Origin: Acidobacteriota bacterium
Lineage (GTDB): Bacteria; Acidobacteriota; UBA6911; RPQK01; JAJDTT01
Assembly: GCA_965263035.1 (NCBI GenBank)
Contig: OZ253580.1
Span: 5,600,001-5,664,000, forward strand
DNA: 64,000 nucleotides
Direction of reading: 5' to 3'
A program made the translations under genes and the position numbers. Below, piece after piece: positions 51,048-60,697 of the stretch; positions within the stretch are counted from its first letter, which is position 1, and each line of letters begins with the position of its first letter. The notes beneath the pieces were generated by a model. That model worked only from the letters and a program-made list of their open reading frames with translations. It did not search any database and was not told the origin of the DNA.

Positions 51048-51965
51048 CTATCTCAGGTTGAACTGGACTTCGATGGTCGCAAAGACATCCACCGGTCTCC
51101 CATTGAGCCTTCCGGGCCGAAAGCGCCAGTTGGTCTCGATCTCCCGGATGGCCTGCTCTTCCAATCCGTGGCCCAATCCCTGAATGACCTTGAAGCTGTC
51201 GACGTTGCCGTCCTTTCGGATGATGGCCTGGAGCCAGACCACACCCTGAACCTTGGCGTCCTGGGCGGCCTGGGTGTAACTGGGAGTCGTCTGCACTATG
51301 GGGACGGGGTTGGTAACTCCGTCCCCAGATCGATAGACGTGGCCGCCGTCTCCAGCCTCAGATCCCGAGCCCTCGCCCAGACTCTTACCTCGGCCGATGC
51401 GCTCCCAAAGCTCACTGGAGAGTTTCTGTGCCTCGTCGACTTGCTTGGCAGACATTTCTGATCTGAGCAAGGTTTTTTGGCGGGCGGCGAGGGACTGTCG
51501 CTGGGCGGCGGCGAGATTCGACCAGGCATAGGCTTTCACGTAGTCTTTCGGCACACCCTCGCCATTAGCGTACATGACTCCAAGGTCGAATTGGGCGTCG
51601 ACGTGACCCTGCTCGGCGGCCATCCGATACCACTTCACCGCTTCCTGATCATTCTCCGGCACGTCTCGACCACGAGAGTACATTGTTCCAAGAGTGAATT
51701 GGGCGGCGGCGTGACCCTGTTCGGCAGCCATCCGATACCATCTCACCGCTTCCCGATCATTCTCCGGCACGCCGTCACCATCATCGTATCTGAGGCCTAG
51801 GTTGAATTGAGCGTTGGCGTCGCCTTGCTCCGCCGCCGTTTGTAGAGGCCCGATGTCCTGGGCTTCGGCAGGTTCGGATTGAAACGCAGCCAGAATGACA
51901 AGGGAAAGGAGCCGGCGCGGGAGCCTAGCTATTCGGGGGTCTTGGGAGGTCATGGGACGAAGCAT
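51048..51965 (-). CDS. Sel1-repeat / TonB C-terminal fusion protein
   Basis: Three AAEQG..AQF.LG..Y Sel1 repeats; PSYT...VQGVV...WRFRPG TonB-C domain. Confidence 0.9.
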   Translation of the reverse strand: MLRPMTSQDPRIARLPRRLLSLVILAAFQSEPAEAQDIGPLQTAAEQGDANAQFNLGLRYDDGDGVPENDREAVRWYRMAAEQGHAAAQFTLGTMYSRGRDVPENDQEAVKWYRMAAEQGHVDAQFDLGVMYANGEGVPKDYVKAYAWSNLAAAQRQSLAARQKTLLRSEMSAKQVDEAQKLSSELWERIGRGKSLGEGSGSEAGDGGHVYRSGDGVTNPVPIVQTTPSYTQAAQDAKVQGVVWLQAIIRKDGNVDSFKVIQGLGHGLEEQAIREIETNWRFRPGRLNGRPVDVFATIEVQFNLR

Positions 51966-52022
51966 ATCCTCTTCTATCAGAGGGACGCTACGCTCCCCCT
52001 GTGGTGACTCGGTTCCCGGATA

Positions 52023-52050
52023 GAATGCGGTAAGGGGCTTTACCGCATCC
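52023..52050. other. dif-like palindrome (11-6-11)
   Basis: GAATGCGGTAA-GGGGCT-TTACCGCATCC with a TAA-N6-TTA core. Confidence 0.5.
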
Positions 52051-52120
52051 TTCCCCTCTGATGGTCTTTGGATCGCTCACAAGGGGAGATCGAGAAAATC
52101 CTGGATTCCCGAAAATTCGA

Positions 52121-52186
52121 GCCCGTGAGAGGGCCTAGAATCGACAATCTCGATCGAGGCAAGGATAAGGGTATAGGCCCCTGGCG
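52121..52186 (+). repeat. island hairpin motif, copy A
   Basis: CGT-N5-GGCCT-N23-CAAGG...AGGCC; related copies at 53370 and 60698. Confidence 0.6.
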
Positions 52187-52287
52187 GATCTCGCGCCTCC
52201 ACCAGCGCCTCGCGGCGGAGCGGGGAACTCTCAAGCGCGTAGCGCTGCCCTTCTGTGGATGTCCGACCAACATGGGAGACTGACGAC

Positions 52288-53265
52288 ATGAACCAGAGTT
52301 TCGATGTGGATGGATTCATCCGCCGTATTGGTGAACGGCTCGTCGACGAATTCAAGGACGCCAAAGCAGGCACGACTCCATCGACCGTAGGGGCGGCGGC
52401 AGAGCAACCGGTGAGGGATCAACTGGCACAGGTCTTGCCTAGAGGTATAGCAGTGGGAGAGGGTTTCGTGATCGACAGCTATGGCGCGACGAGTCGTCAG
52501 CAGGATGTAGTCCTTTACGAGCGGGATATTTGTCCCGTGTTTTCGATAAACAAAACTCCGCAGACGACGTATTACCCGTGCGAAGGGGTCATCGGTGTAG
52601 GCGAAGTCAAGAGTTCGCTGGATCGGGACTCCCTGCGTGACGCATTCCAAAAGGTCGCATCCGTAAAGCGCCTCCGACGGCACGTCGTACATCACCTAAT
52701 TCCTAACCCCAAGACCGGGGAACTATTCCCCATGAATCGCAACTACCTGACGCATGGGGAGTCGATACTTCGGATGGATGAAGCATCGGACCGCAAGGAA
52801 AGGCTACAGATATTCGGGTTCGTGTTGGCGGGCGCATCACGGGTAAAACAGGAAACGCTGGTAATGACCTTCCGAGAACTTGCTGCGCAGATGGGAGACG
52901 GCTTGTCACCTAACCTGTTAGCGACATTGGATGGTCACGCCATTAATTGGGGCAACATCGGAAAGCGAGAGCGGAGAGAAATACGTCAGTCTAAAGATGG
53001 CACGTACAAGTTGACCGTATACAAGGACGGTCCCCAGAGCTGGCAGGCATCGTGGTCGGCAGAGACTGCGGCGCATGTTGGTGCATCCGAAAACGCCGAT
53101 GCGTTCCGCTTGCTGGTGCGCTGGATAAGGCAGGGCGCTGAGTTGGGTAGAACCAGCGACATAAGGTCGTTTGACCGCTACTTTGAGGTACGATCCTCTG
53201 GCGAATCGAATGCCATGTGGTGCATTCCGAAGCTGAGGACACGGCGAAACCGCATCAAGACATGA
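52288..53265 (+). CDS. DUF6602/NucC-like PD-(D/E)XK nuclease
   Basis: VLPRGIAVGEGFVIDSYG..SRQQDVVLYE...GEVKS motif. Confidence 0.75.
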   Translation: MNQSFDVDGFIRRIGERLVDEFKDAKAGTTPSTVGAAAEQPVRDQLAQVLPRGIAVGEGFVIDSYGATSRQQDVVLYERDICPVFSINKTPQTTYYPCEGVIGVGEVKSSLDRDSLRDAFQKVASVKRLRRHVVHHLIPNPKTGELFPMNRNYLTHGESILRMDEASDRKERLQIFGFVLAGASRVKQETLVMTFRELAAQMGDGLSPNLLATLDGHAINWGNIGKRERREIRQSKDGTYKLTVYKDGPQSWQASWSAETAAHVGASENADAFRLLVRWIRQGAELGRTSDIRSFDRYFEVRSSGESNAMWCIPKLRTRRNRIKT

Positions 53266-53369
53266 AGGAGTTGCGTAGCGAGGTCCCTGATCTCAGCGAC
53301 CGCATGGGAAAGATCGAAGGGCCGCTCGGCATGCTCCGGGAGTTCTTTGTCCGCAACGGACTTCTAGAT

Positions 53370-53433
53370 CGTCATATGGCCTGTGTTGGCCAGGCGTGCC
53401 CGGACCAAGGGATAAGGTATAGGCCCCCAGGCG
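53370..53433 (+). repeat. island hairpin motif, copy C
   Basis: CAAGGGATAAGGTATAGGCCCCCAGGCG closely matches the 3' half of copy A. Confidence 0.6.
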
Positions 53434-53609
53434 TTGTCCCAGCTGCTCCCCTGCTGTGGCTGATGAGCAAGATCCTCCACGATTCCTACCAGGGAAGACC
53501 TCCCAGAGCTTTTTGTTAGACTGCCGAGAAAATGCACCCCTCGGAACTCGGAGCTCAAGGCCAGAGACAGATCTTGGTGTCCCCTTTGGGGAACCCACGA
53601 ACCCCCGCA

Positions 53610-53909
53610 ATGTGGGTGGTGGGTCCGCTGTTCCTGCCCTGGTTGCAAGAGGCAATCCGGGATGAAGAGGTGGCCGTGATCTTCCTGAAGGAGTTCTGGC
53701 CTCGGATCGTGGGGGATGAGTTAGCGAAATCGACGGTGCCGCTACGTTTGCGCAAACGCACTCTGGAGATCGGCGTCTCCGGCCGCGAATGGGAGCGGGT
53801 GCTCCAGGGGATGGCGCGGCCCTTGATGTCCAAGGCCAATGAGTTCTGGAACCGGTCTCTGGTCCGCCGTCTGGACTATCGCGTAGTTGACCCCTGGCCG
53901 GGAGATTGA
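53610..53909 (+). CDS. DUF721/DciA family protein, possibly 5'-truncated
   Basis: WPRIVGDELAKSTVPLRLRKRTLEIGV..EW motif. Confidence 0.7.
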   Translation: MWVVGPLFLPWLQEAIRDEEVAVIFLKEFWPRIVGDELAKSTVPLRLRKRTLEIGVSGREWERVLQGMARPLMSKANEFWNRSLVRRLDYRVVDPWPGD

Positions 53910-53938
53910 TCTGCTTGAGGCGGTAAAGGAAGCTTCAA

Positions 53939-55858
53939 ATGTCCACTGCAACTCTGACAAGCTTAGCAATGCTGAAGGTTAATATCGACCGAGGGCAGGA
54001 TTACCTCGACTATCTACGGCCCTTCATTCTTCAGGTGCTTGTCACACACAAGCCAGACCCGATAACGGATGCTGCTGTCCAGGATCTCATCAGGATCGAC
54101 TTCGGACTGGAAATTCCTCGTCGCGCCGTTCAGATCGTGCTCAAGCGGCTATCGCGCCGATATCCGCTGAAGAAAGCATACGGCGTTTATCGGATCAACG
54201 GGGAACTGCCCGACCCTAAAATTGCCGTCAGAAAGACCGCAGCCAACCGACACATTCAGGCCGTGCTGTCGGGGCTGGCCGAGTTTTCCAAGGGCACCTC
54301 CAAACCGATTATGAGCAACGATGAAGCCGTTACCGCGATCTGTGCCTTCCTCACGCAGTTCGATATCCCGTGTCTGCGAGCCTACCTTCGTGGCACAGCA
54401 ATTCCGACTATCGAAGGTCAGCACTCCGCACAGATCGTTCTCGTGAGCAAGTACGTCCTGGCTTTACAGAACACCGATCCAGAACGCTTTGAGAGTTTCC
54501 TCGTAGTCGTCAAGGGCCACATGTTGGCAAACGCTTTGCTTTGTCCAGACCTCACGAACGCTCCGAGATCGTACACGGGTGTGACCTTCTATCTGGATAC
54601 GCCACTTCTCGTCCAGCGGTTAGGACTTGAAGGATACCCAAAGCAAGCGTCGGTGAGGAGTTTGGTCGAGTTGCTCCACAACTTGGGCGCCACCGTTGCG
54701 ACGTTTTCGCATTCACACAATGAACTTAGCGGCGTAATTAGGGGTGCGGCTCAATACGTGGATTCTCGGTACGGACGTGGGCTCATCGTGATGGAGGCCC
54801 GCCGCCGTGGAACGACCAAATCTGACTTGCTTCTCTTGGCGGGCCAGATCGACGACAAGCTCGAAGATGCTCGGATTGACGTCCTCAATACGCCACGGCA
54901 CATCAAGAATTTTCAGATCGATGAGGCGGCATTCGAGACGATGCTTGGAGACGAAGTGGCGTACTTCAATCCTCGCGCCAAAGAACACGATATTAATTCT
55001 GTTCGCAGCATCTACGTGCTCAGAGCCGGCACGTCCCCGTCAATTCTGGAGCGGGCAAAGGCCGCTCTTGTCACAAGCAATGTCGGGTTCTCTCAGGCTG
55101 CATTTCAGTATGGGCAGAATCACGCGGAGTCGCGTGAGGTGTCGAGTGTGATCACGGACTTTAGCCTTGTGAACATGGCTTGGCTAAAGGCTCCACTCGG
55201 TGCTCCAGCCGTTCCTGTGTTCGAGCTGTTGGCATTCTCGTATGCGGCACTAGAACCACCGAGCGGACTATTTGAGAAATACTTGAGCGAGATTGATAAG
55301 TTGGCGCAGCAAGGAAAGATTACCGCTCGGGATCACCAATTCCTACGAAGCAGTCCGTTAGCCCATGCGGAACTGATGAACTTGACGCTCGGAGAGGAGG
55401 AAGCGCTAACCGAGCAGTCGATTCCAGAGATGCTCAATCGGGTGACGGAAGAGATTCAGAGCGAAGGAAACGCCAAGTACACGAGCGAACGCGGCGCGCA
55501 TGAACAGACACAGAAGAAGCTTGCCAAACAGCTCACAACCACAGAGCGTATTCAGAAACGCTTGTACTGGCGTTGCCACCAACAGGCGACAGTGGCCGCG
55601 TGGTGCGCGTCGATAAGCATTAGCTCATTTCTTGTTGTCGGGCTAGCCGCTACTGGTGTTGGTTTACGATCAAACAATGCCATCGTAGGATGGCTGCTCC
55701 TGGCGGCATCGGTCGTTGTGGCCGTGTTGACATTGGGAAATCTGATTTTCGGCACTAGTGTCAAGCACCTCCACGAAAAGGTGCAGGCTCATTGTTTGGC
55801 TTGGCTCCTTAATCGCAAAGCGGCTGAAATCGGACTCGATCTTTCTGAGCTGCAATGA
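53939..55858 (+). CDS. hypothetical protein with PIN-like core, coiled coil and two C-terminal TM helices
   Basis: FYLDTPLL, HDINSV and LVTSN motifs; C-terminal hydrophobic hairpin; lower GC. Confidence 0.65.
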   Translation: MSTATLTSLAMLKVNIDRGQDYLDYLRPFILQVLVTHKPDPITDAAVQDLIRIDFGLEIPRRAVQIVLKRLSRRYPLKKAYGVYRINGELPDPKIAVRKTAANRHIQAVLSGLAEFSKGTSKPIMSNDEAVTAICAFLTQFDIPCLRAYLRGTAIPTIEGQHSAQIVLVSKYVLALQNTDPERFESFLVVVKGHMLANALLCPDLTNAPRSYTGVTFYLDTPLLVQRLGLEGYPKQASVRSLVELLHNLGATVATFSHSHNELSGVIRGAAQYVDSRYGRGLIVMEARRRGTTKSDLLLLAGQIDDKLEDARIDVLNTPRHIKNFQIDEAAFETMLGDEVAYFNPRAKEHDINSVRSIYVLRAGTSPSILERAKAALVTSNVGFSQAAFQYGQNHAESREVSSVITDFSLVNMAWLKAPLGAPAVPVFELLAFSYAALEPPSGLFEKYLSEIDKLAQQGKITARDHQFLRSSPLAHAELMNLTLGEEEALTEQSIPEMLNRVTEEIQSEGNAKYTSERGAHEQTQKKLAKQLTTTERIQKRLYWRCHQQATVAAWCASISISSFLVVGLAATGVGLRSNNAIVGWLLLAASVVVAVLTLGNLIFGTSVKHLHEKVQAHCLAWLLNRKAAEIGLDLSELQ

Positions 55859-55985
55859 CGACATTTGGAGAGTCAATCGTGGAGGAATCCGCCTTGGTCT
55901 GGGTTGCTCCTATCTATACTTACTTGTCCGCGAGTTCTCCCGCTCTCCCGGCTCCCTTTTCAGCCCTATACCCCCTCGCTGTGGT

Positions 55986-56966
55986 TCAGACGGAAATCCT
56001 CTCCACCAAGTTCCCGCTAACGCGCCGCCGCCGGTCGTAGATCTGGGTGGTGCGGGGGTGGGCGTGACCGGCCAGGTACTGGACGTCTTCGAGCGGCACG
56101 TTCTGGCTGAGCAGATCCGTGACCACCAGGACGCGGAACGAGTGGGGCGAGAGGATCTTCGGCAGCCCGGCCGCCTTGAGCCGGCGCTTGAGCACCAGCT
56201 GCACGGCCAGAGGCGACATCGCCCGATCGGTGAGCGGACTGGAGCGGCGCTGCCCGGCCCGATACAGTGGTGAGGCCTGGGGCGCATCCGTGAGCCCGGC
56301 CCCTTCGAGGTAGGCCGCGATCCATTCGTCGAGATCATGGCGCACCGGGATCTCCCGCGACTTGCCCCCTTTCTCCGCAAACTGCAGCGACCGGTGGTTG
56401 CCGTTGTCGCGCAGGTCCTGGATCCGGAGCCGGCTGATGGCCCCGACCCGGGCGCCGGTGTAGATGAGCGTCCCGAGGACCGCCCGATCCCGAAGCCCGT
56501 ACACGTCGCGGGTTTTGATGGCGGCGAGGAGACGGCGCGCCTGGTCGACACTCACCTCGGGCGTGCGGCCCTCCCCGAAGGGATGGCGCACCCCCCGGAC
56601 CGACTGGAACGGATTCAAGACCGCCGCGTGCCGGGCCACCAGGACGTCGAAGAAGTGGCGCAGCGCCGCGAGGGCCTGGTTCTGGGTGGGGGCGGCCCCG
56701 GGGAGCTCGTCCAGGAACCGGCCGGCCAGGCCGGGGGTCACCTGGTGCAGCTCCAGCCCTTGGTCCTCGCACCACGCGAGGAACCGACTCACCTGGTGGG
56801 CGTAGGCGGTCCGGGTGTGGGGATTCGAGATTCGCGCAGAGAAGAACTCGTCCGCGGCGAAGCAGGCCGCCTTGCCGGCTCTCACGAGAATGGCCGGGAA
56901 GTCCCCTTGGAGGTCATTTGTTGCCGGTGAATCTCCGGTTCTGAGGGCGAGGTCGGTGTCGCTCAT
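55986..56966 (-). CDS. Xer-like tyrosine recombinase 3
   Basis: TGARVG, EKGGK, HSFR, AGH and TTQIY motifs. Confidence 0.9.
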   Translation of the reverse strand: MSDTDLALRTGDSPATNDLQGDFPAILVRAGKAACFAADEFFSARISNPHTRTAYAHQVSRFLAWCEDQGLELHQVTPGLAGRFLDELPGAAPTQNQALAALRHFFDVLVARHAAVLNPFQSVRGVRHPFGEGRTPEVSVDQARRLLAAIKTRDVYGLRDRAVLGTLIYTGARVGAISRLRIQDLRDNGNHRSLQFAEKGGKSREIPVRHDLDEWIAAYLEGAGLTDAPQASPLYRAGQRRSSPLTDRAMSPLAVQLVLKRRLKAAGLPKILSPHSFRVLVVTDLLSQNVPLEDVQYLAGHAHPRTTQIYDRRRRVSGNLVERISV

Positions 56967-56970
56967 AGTA

Positions 56971-56998
56971 GCTACGTATAATATACTTTATCGTAATC
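56971..56998. other. dif-like site directly upstream of recombinase 3
   Basis: GCTACGTATAA-TATACT-TTATCGTAATC; AT-rich within GC-rich DNA. Confidence 0.65.
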
Positions 56999-57193
56999 TG
57001 ATCTACGCCCCGGACTCCTGGTTTTCCCCGTCGGCCGGGGGGCGATCGAGGCGTTGCGCGGCGAACGCTCGGTGCAGGAGATCGCGTTGTCGGCATTAGA
57101 GCCGGCGTTCGCGGCCCTTCGCGGCACGGCCTCCCGAAGTGGGGCGCGAACGGACCGTCATCGGCATCAGGTCGCGCGGTCGCACCCTCTCCG

Positions 57194-59482
57194 CTACGAA
57201 GCAGGAGTCGCCAGAGCTTCCCAGAACGACCGGATCTTCGGGTCGGTGTCGGGACGCCCGACGAGACCCGCCATGATTTGCTTCGGCAGGAACCGTGGGC
57301 GCAGGAACTTTTTCCGCTGTCCCCTCGTGGCGCGTTCTTCCAGTCTCATGATGCCGTGTTCAACCAGCTGGCGCTGGAGCCCATCCCATCGGGGGTCCGA
57401 GAAGAGACTCGATAACGTGTCGTCCTGTAGGCACACGAGGGCGGTTCGGCGGTACACTCGCATCAGGCGCTCCATCAAGTTCATCTCTGCCTCCGGCACC
57501 GCGGGACCCTTCGGTCCGAAATCGTCCGTGATCGGAGCCCCACACGACTGTAGCGTGTCCGTGATGAACGACGGGTCGTAGTTCGTATCCGTCGTATCGT
57601 CATTGTCGACCACACGAATGCCTGTCACATCATCCATGCCGAGTCCGGTCAACTCCAGTCGCGTCGACTCTAGGCTGACCCTAGGTTCGTACAGCCGTAC
57701 CCCGTTCGCCTCGCACGCCACGAACCGAGTCGACGTGAGGTCAGTGCGCCGCATGACTACGTCGATCAACGAACATTGACTCAAGGTGACGTTCTTGAGA
57801 TCGCTGCCCGGGAATACGACGGACTGAATCGTGCAGCCTTGGATGCCATCTGAATCCCGGCAGCCCTGTTCCTCCCGCAGCAACGCCATAGCGAGGAGCC
57901 CGGCATTCTCCCGCACCTGCGCCGTCCGGCGGCTCTCCTGCTCGGCCGCCTTCGAGAGACGGTCCAGCCGTTCCTGCAATCGGTTGCCGTCGGCCGGCGC
58001 ATCCGACGCAGCCGTCTCCTGCGCTACCCGGTCGGCAACTTCCTCGGGTAAAGCAGAACGACTCAGGATGACGCGTAGATTCGCGTCCGCGGCGAACTGG
58101 GCCGTAATTGTTCTGGCGAGAAAGAAGAAGAAGAAGAGCTCGTGTTCGAAGGCGATTCCGCCGCGCTCCGACGGTGCGTCGCCCCGGCCGAGAAAGGCCA
58201 TCGCCGGTAGCCGCTCTACAATCACCTGCTTTGCGGTGTCCGGCAGCCCTGCGTCATGGACGAAGTATTCCGCAACGAAACGAATCGAGCCGACATCGAG
58301 TCCGCGGGTTTCCTGGTTCCACATCTCCTCCGCGAGTTCCTGCATCAAGTTGCCGAACTGGTCTGTGGTCATGAGAGGTCGCGAGTTTCGATCCAACAGC
58401 TTGTCGTTCAGTTCTCTCGACGAGTACTCTCGCACGAGCGTGCGCAGCAGATCGTCGCCACTGGAGAACGAGGGGTCATGCTGCAACATCTGGACGACCC
58501 GCGTGAAGAACAGCGGCTTCAAGGCCAGAGAGGGATGGTCCTTGAAGGTGTGCGTCACGCGTTTGCAAAACGTCTCTGCCTCCGACGAGGACCAGCCCTT
58601 CTTCTCGATCCGTTTCAGGTAGTCCTGTCGATCTTCGTCAGACCACTCCTGGATTTGAACCGGCACGTGGGACCACGCCTGATCGCCGGTGGTCGAAGCA
58701 CGCCCAGCCCTTTCGAGAAACTCCTCCTCGTAGTACGTGGACCGGGCCGACACGAGAATCTGACCGTCTCCATGGAGCTGTTCGAGGAATCCCGCGAGCG
58801 AGCTGAAGGCGTCGTCGTAGCCACTGACGCCGAGTAGCTCGTCGAATCCGTCGATGACCGGCACGAGGACTCCGAGCTGTGCCAGGACCGCGACGGAATG
58901 ATAGGTGAGACCGACCTTCAGGTCCTGTAGCTCAGTCGCCAGCGCCTCGCTCAACCGTGCGAGCGATCGCCCCTGAGCGTTCACGTAGAGCAGCAGCCTA
59001 GAAGTGCGTCCGCTCAGATAGGCTTCAGCCTGCCGCCGCACGAGTTCCCGCAGGACAAAGGTCTTGCCGGCGCCTGGCCCACCGGTGACCATCACCACTC
59101 GCGTTGTGTCGGCTTCCTTACCGAGCAGGTCGGTGAGGACTTCGATGGCTGCCCCGGAACGGTGCGGGGATTCTGCCCGCGTTGGAATGAACAGCATGGG
59201 TTTCTGCGCCGATTGAATCATCTGCGCGACGTGACGCAGATCGGCCATGCCGGGTCCGGATGCGAAGGTGCGGTACAGAACGCGGGATGCACCGCTCACC
59301 GTGACCCACACGCCCTGGTCTCGCGAGACGGAGAACGTAGCCTCTTGCGGTTCGCCGCGCATGGTCCAGCTGGCGCGGAACCTGCGGTCGGACCCATCGA
59401 CATCGACCCTTGTGCCCGGGTCTCCGAACGATGCCAGATCGTGCCTGATGCGTTCGTTCCAGTACGCAAAATAGTCATTCAT
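57194..59482 (-). CDS. NACHT/STAND NTPase with pentapeptide-like repeats
   Basis: GGPGAGKT, VIDGFDEL and FEHE motifs; VFPGSDLKNVTLSQCSL repeats. Confidence 0.8.
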   Translation of the reverse strand: MNDYFAYWNERIRHDLASFGDPGTRVDVDGSDRRFRASWTMRGEPQEATFSVSRDQGVWVTVSGASRVLYRTFASGPGMADLRHVAQMIQSAQKPMLFIPTRAESPHRSGAAIEVLTDLLGKEADTTRVVMVTGGPGAGKTFVLRELVRRQAEAYLSGRTSRLLLYVNAQGRSLARLSEALATELQDLKVGLTYHSVAVLAQLGVLVPVIDGFDELLGVSGYDDAFSSLAGFLEQLHGDGQILVSARSTYYEEEFLERAGRASTTGDQAWSHVPVQIQEWSDEDRQDYLKRIEKKGWSSSEAETFCKRVTHTFKDHPSLALKPLFFTRVVQMLQHDPSFSSGDDLLRTLVREYSSRELNDKLLDRNSRPLMTTDQFGNLMQELAEEMWNQETRGLDVGSIRFVAEYFVHDAGLPDTAKQVIVERLPAMAFLGRGDAPSERGGIAFEHELFFFFFLARTITAQFAADANLRVILSRSALPEEVADRVAQETAASDAPADGNRLQERLDRLSKAAEQESRRTAQVRENAGLLAMALLREEQGCRDSDGIQGCTIQSVVFPGSDLKNVTLSQCSLIDVVMRRTDLTSTRFVACEANGVRLYEPRVSLESTRLELTGLGMDDVTGIRVVDNDDTTDTNYDPSFITDTLQSCGAPITDDFGPKGPAVPEAEMNLMERLMRVYRRTALVCLQDDTLSSLFSDPRWDGLQRQLVEHGIMRLEERATRGQRKKFLRPRFLPKQIMAGLVGRPDTDPKIRSFWEALATPAS

Positions 59483-60057
59483 GAGGACGTCTGCTCCAGG
59501 CACTGGATACGTACTCCACAATCGCTCAGGGCCCGATCGTTGAGCCCTTCGCCGGCTGCGCGCCGCCGCATCCAGGCGGCACCCGCCGGGTCGGCTGCAT
59601 GGGCCGAGAGAGCGGCGGGTAGCAGGTCATCGTCGTCGCTTACGATTCCGACTCTCGACTGGCCGAGCGTAGCCGCGAAGACGGCGTCGTGGCCGAGCAT
59701 GGCGTCGACCATCTTCTGCCGTCTAGGTTTGGCTTGGAGCCTTACCGTACCTCGCAGCTCGATGTCTGAAAATTGGAGCATCGTTATCGCGAGTGTCGGC
59801 CGAAGGAGCAGTCCTTGCCGTCGGCCGCGGAGCGCTGGAAGCAACGGCAGCAACAATAGTGCGGACGGGCTGTGAACGCCCTGTTCATCGATCCAGCCGC
59901 CGTACAGACGCACATCCAGTTCACGCAGGCCCGGGAACGCAGCATGCGACGCGCGAGCGATCAGATCGAGGAGTTCCGCCGTACGGATCTCGACCTCGTG
60001 CTCGAACCTGATGCGCGGGCAGAGGTTGTCGTAGTCGACGAGTGCAAGGCCCTGCAT
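59479..60057 (-). CDS. NYN domain (PIN-like) nuclease
   Basis: VDYDN, QKMVD and VSDDDDLLPA motifs; ATGA overlap with the NACHT gene. Confidence 0.8.
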   Translation of the reverse strand: MQGLALVDYDNLCPRIRFEHEVEIRTAELLDLIARASHAAFPGLRELDVRLYGGWIDEQGVHSPSALLLLPLLPALRGRRQGLLLRPTLAITMLQFSDIELRGTVRLQAKPRRQKMVDAMLGHDAVFAATLGQSRVGIVSDDDDLLPAALSAHAADPAGAAWMRRRAAGEGLNDRALSDCGVRIQCLEQTSS

Positions 60058-60205
60058 TCTCTATCGTATTCCAAGCAAGGGTTAGTCGACGAATTTCCGT
60101 AAGTTATTCATAAAAAGTGGTTTGCTTTAAGTGCTCAGGTCTCGATTCCCACTTTCGAGCGGGAATCTGCGGGACCACCGAAGCCGTTCATCTCAAATTT
60201 GAACA

Positions 60206-60445
60206 TCAGCCCTTCACCCGCCGCGGGTCGTTGCCCGGAGCCACCGTGTCCTTGTCGCGGATCTTGCCGTCGACGCCCTTTGTCGTCAGCTCTCCCCCGC
60301 CCTGCTTCTTCAGCATCTCGCGGGCGGTGGCTTGGGCCTCTTCCTGCGTGCGATGGACGCTTCCCGCGCGCGAGGCATTGTTTCGCTTGTTCTCCCAAGT
60401 CCCATCGGGGCGACGGGACACTGTACGATCTTGCGGCTTGCTCAT
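60206..60445 (-). CDS. DUF2188 family protein
   Basis: TQEEAQATAR...GVDGKIRDKDT..NDP motif. Confidence 0.85.
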   Translation of the reverse strand: MSKPQDRTVSRRPDGTWENKRNNASRAGSVHRTQEEAQATAREMLKKQGGGELTTKGVDGKIRDKDTVAPGNDPRRVKG

Positions 60446-60697
60446 GCTGCCCCTTCCTGCTGCTCTAAGAGGGTATGGAGGCAATCCCATATATACTATC
60501 GTAGGTGACCGACAGGACTAGACCCCAAATAAGCGTGATCCAAGGGGGGCCTGTTAAAGAGTACCGGAAAAGCTCATCCTAAGTTTCCCCCGCACAGGCA
60601 GGGATCTTTTGGACAGTGTCCGTTAACTGAAATTTTCGGAAGCCTATCGAGGCACGGTCTCGTTTCGAGGAATGTCTCCGAGGTTACGAACAACGAA

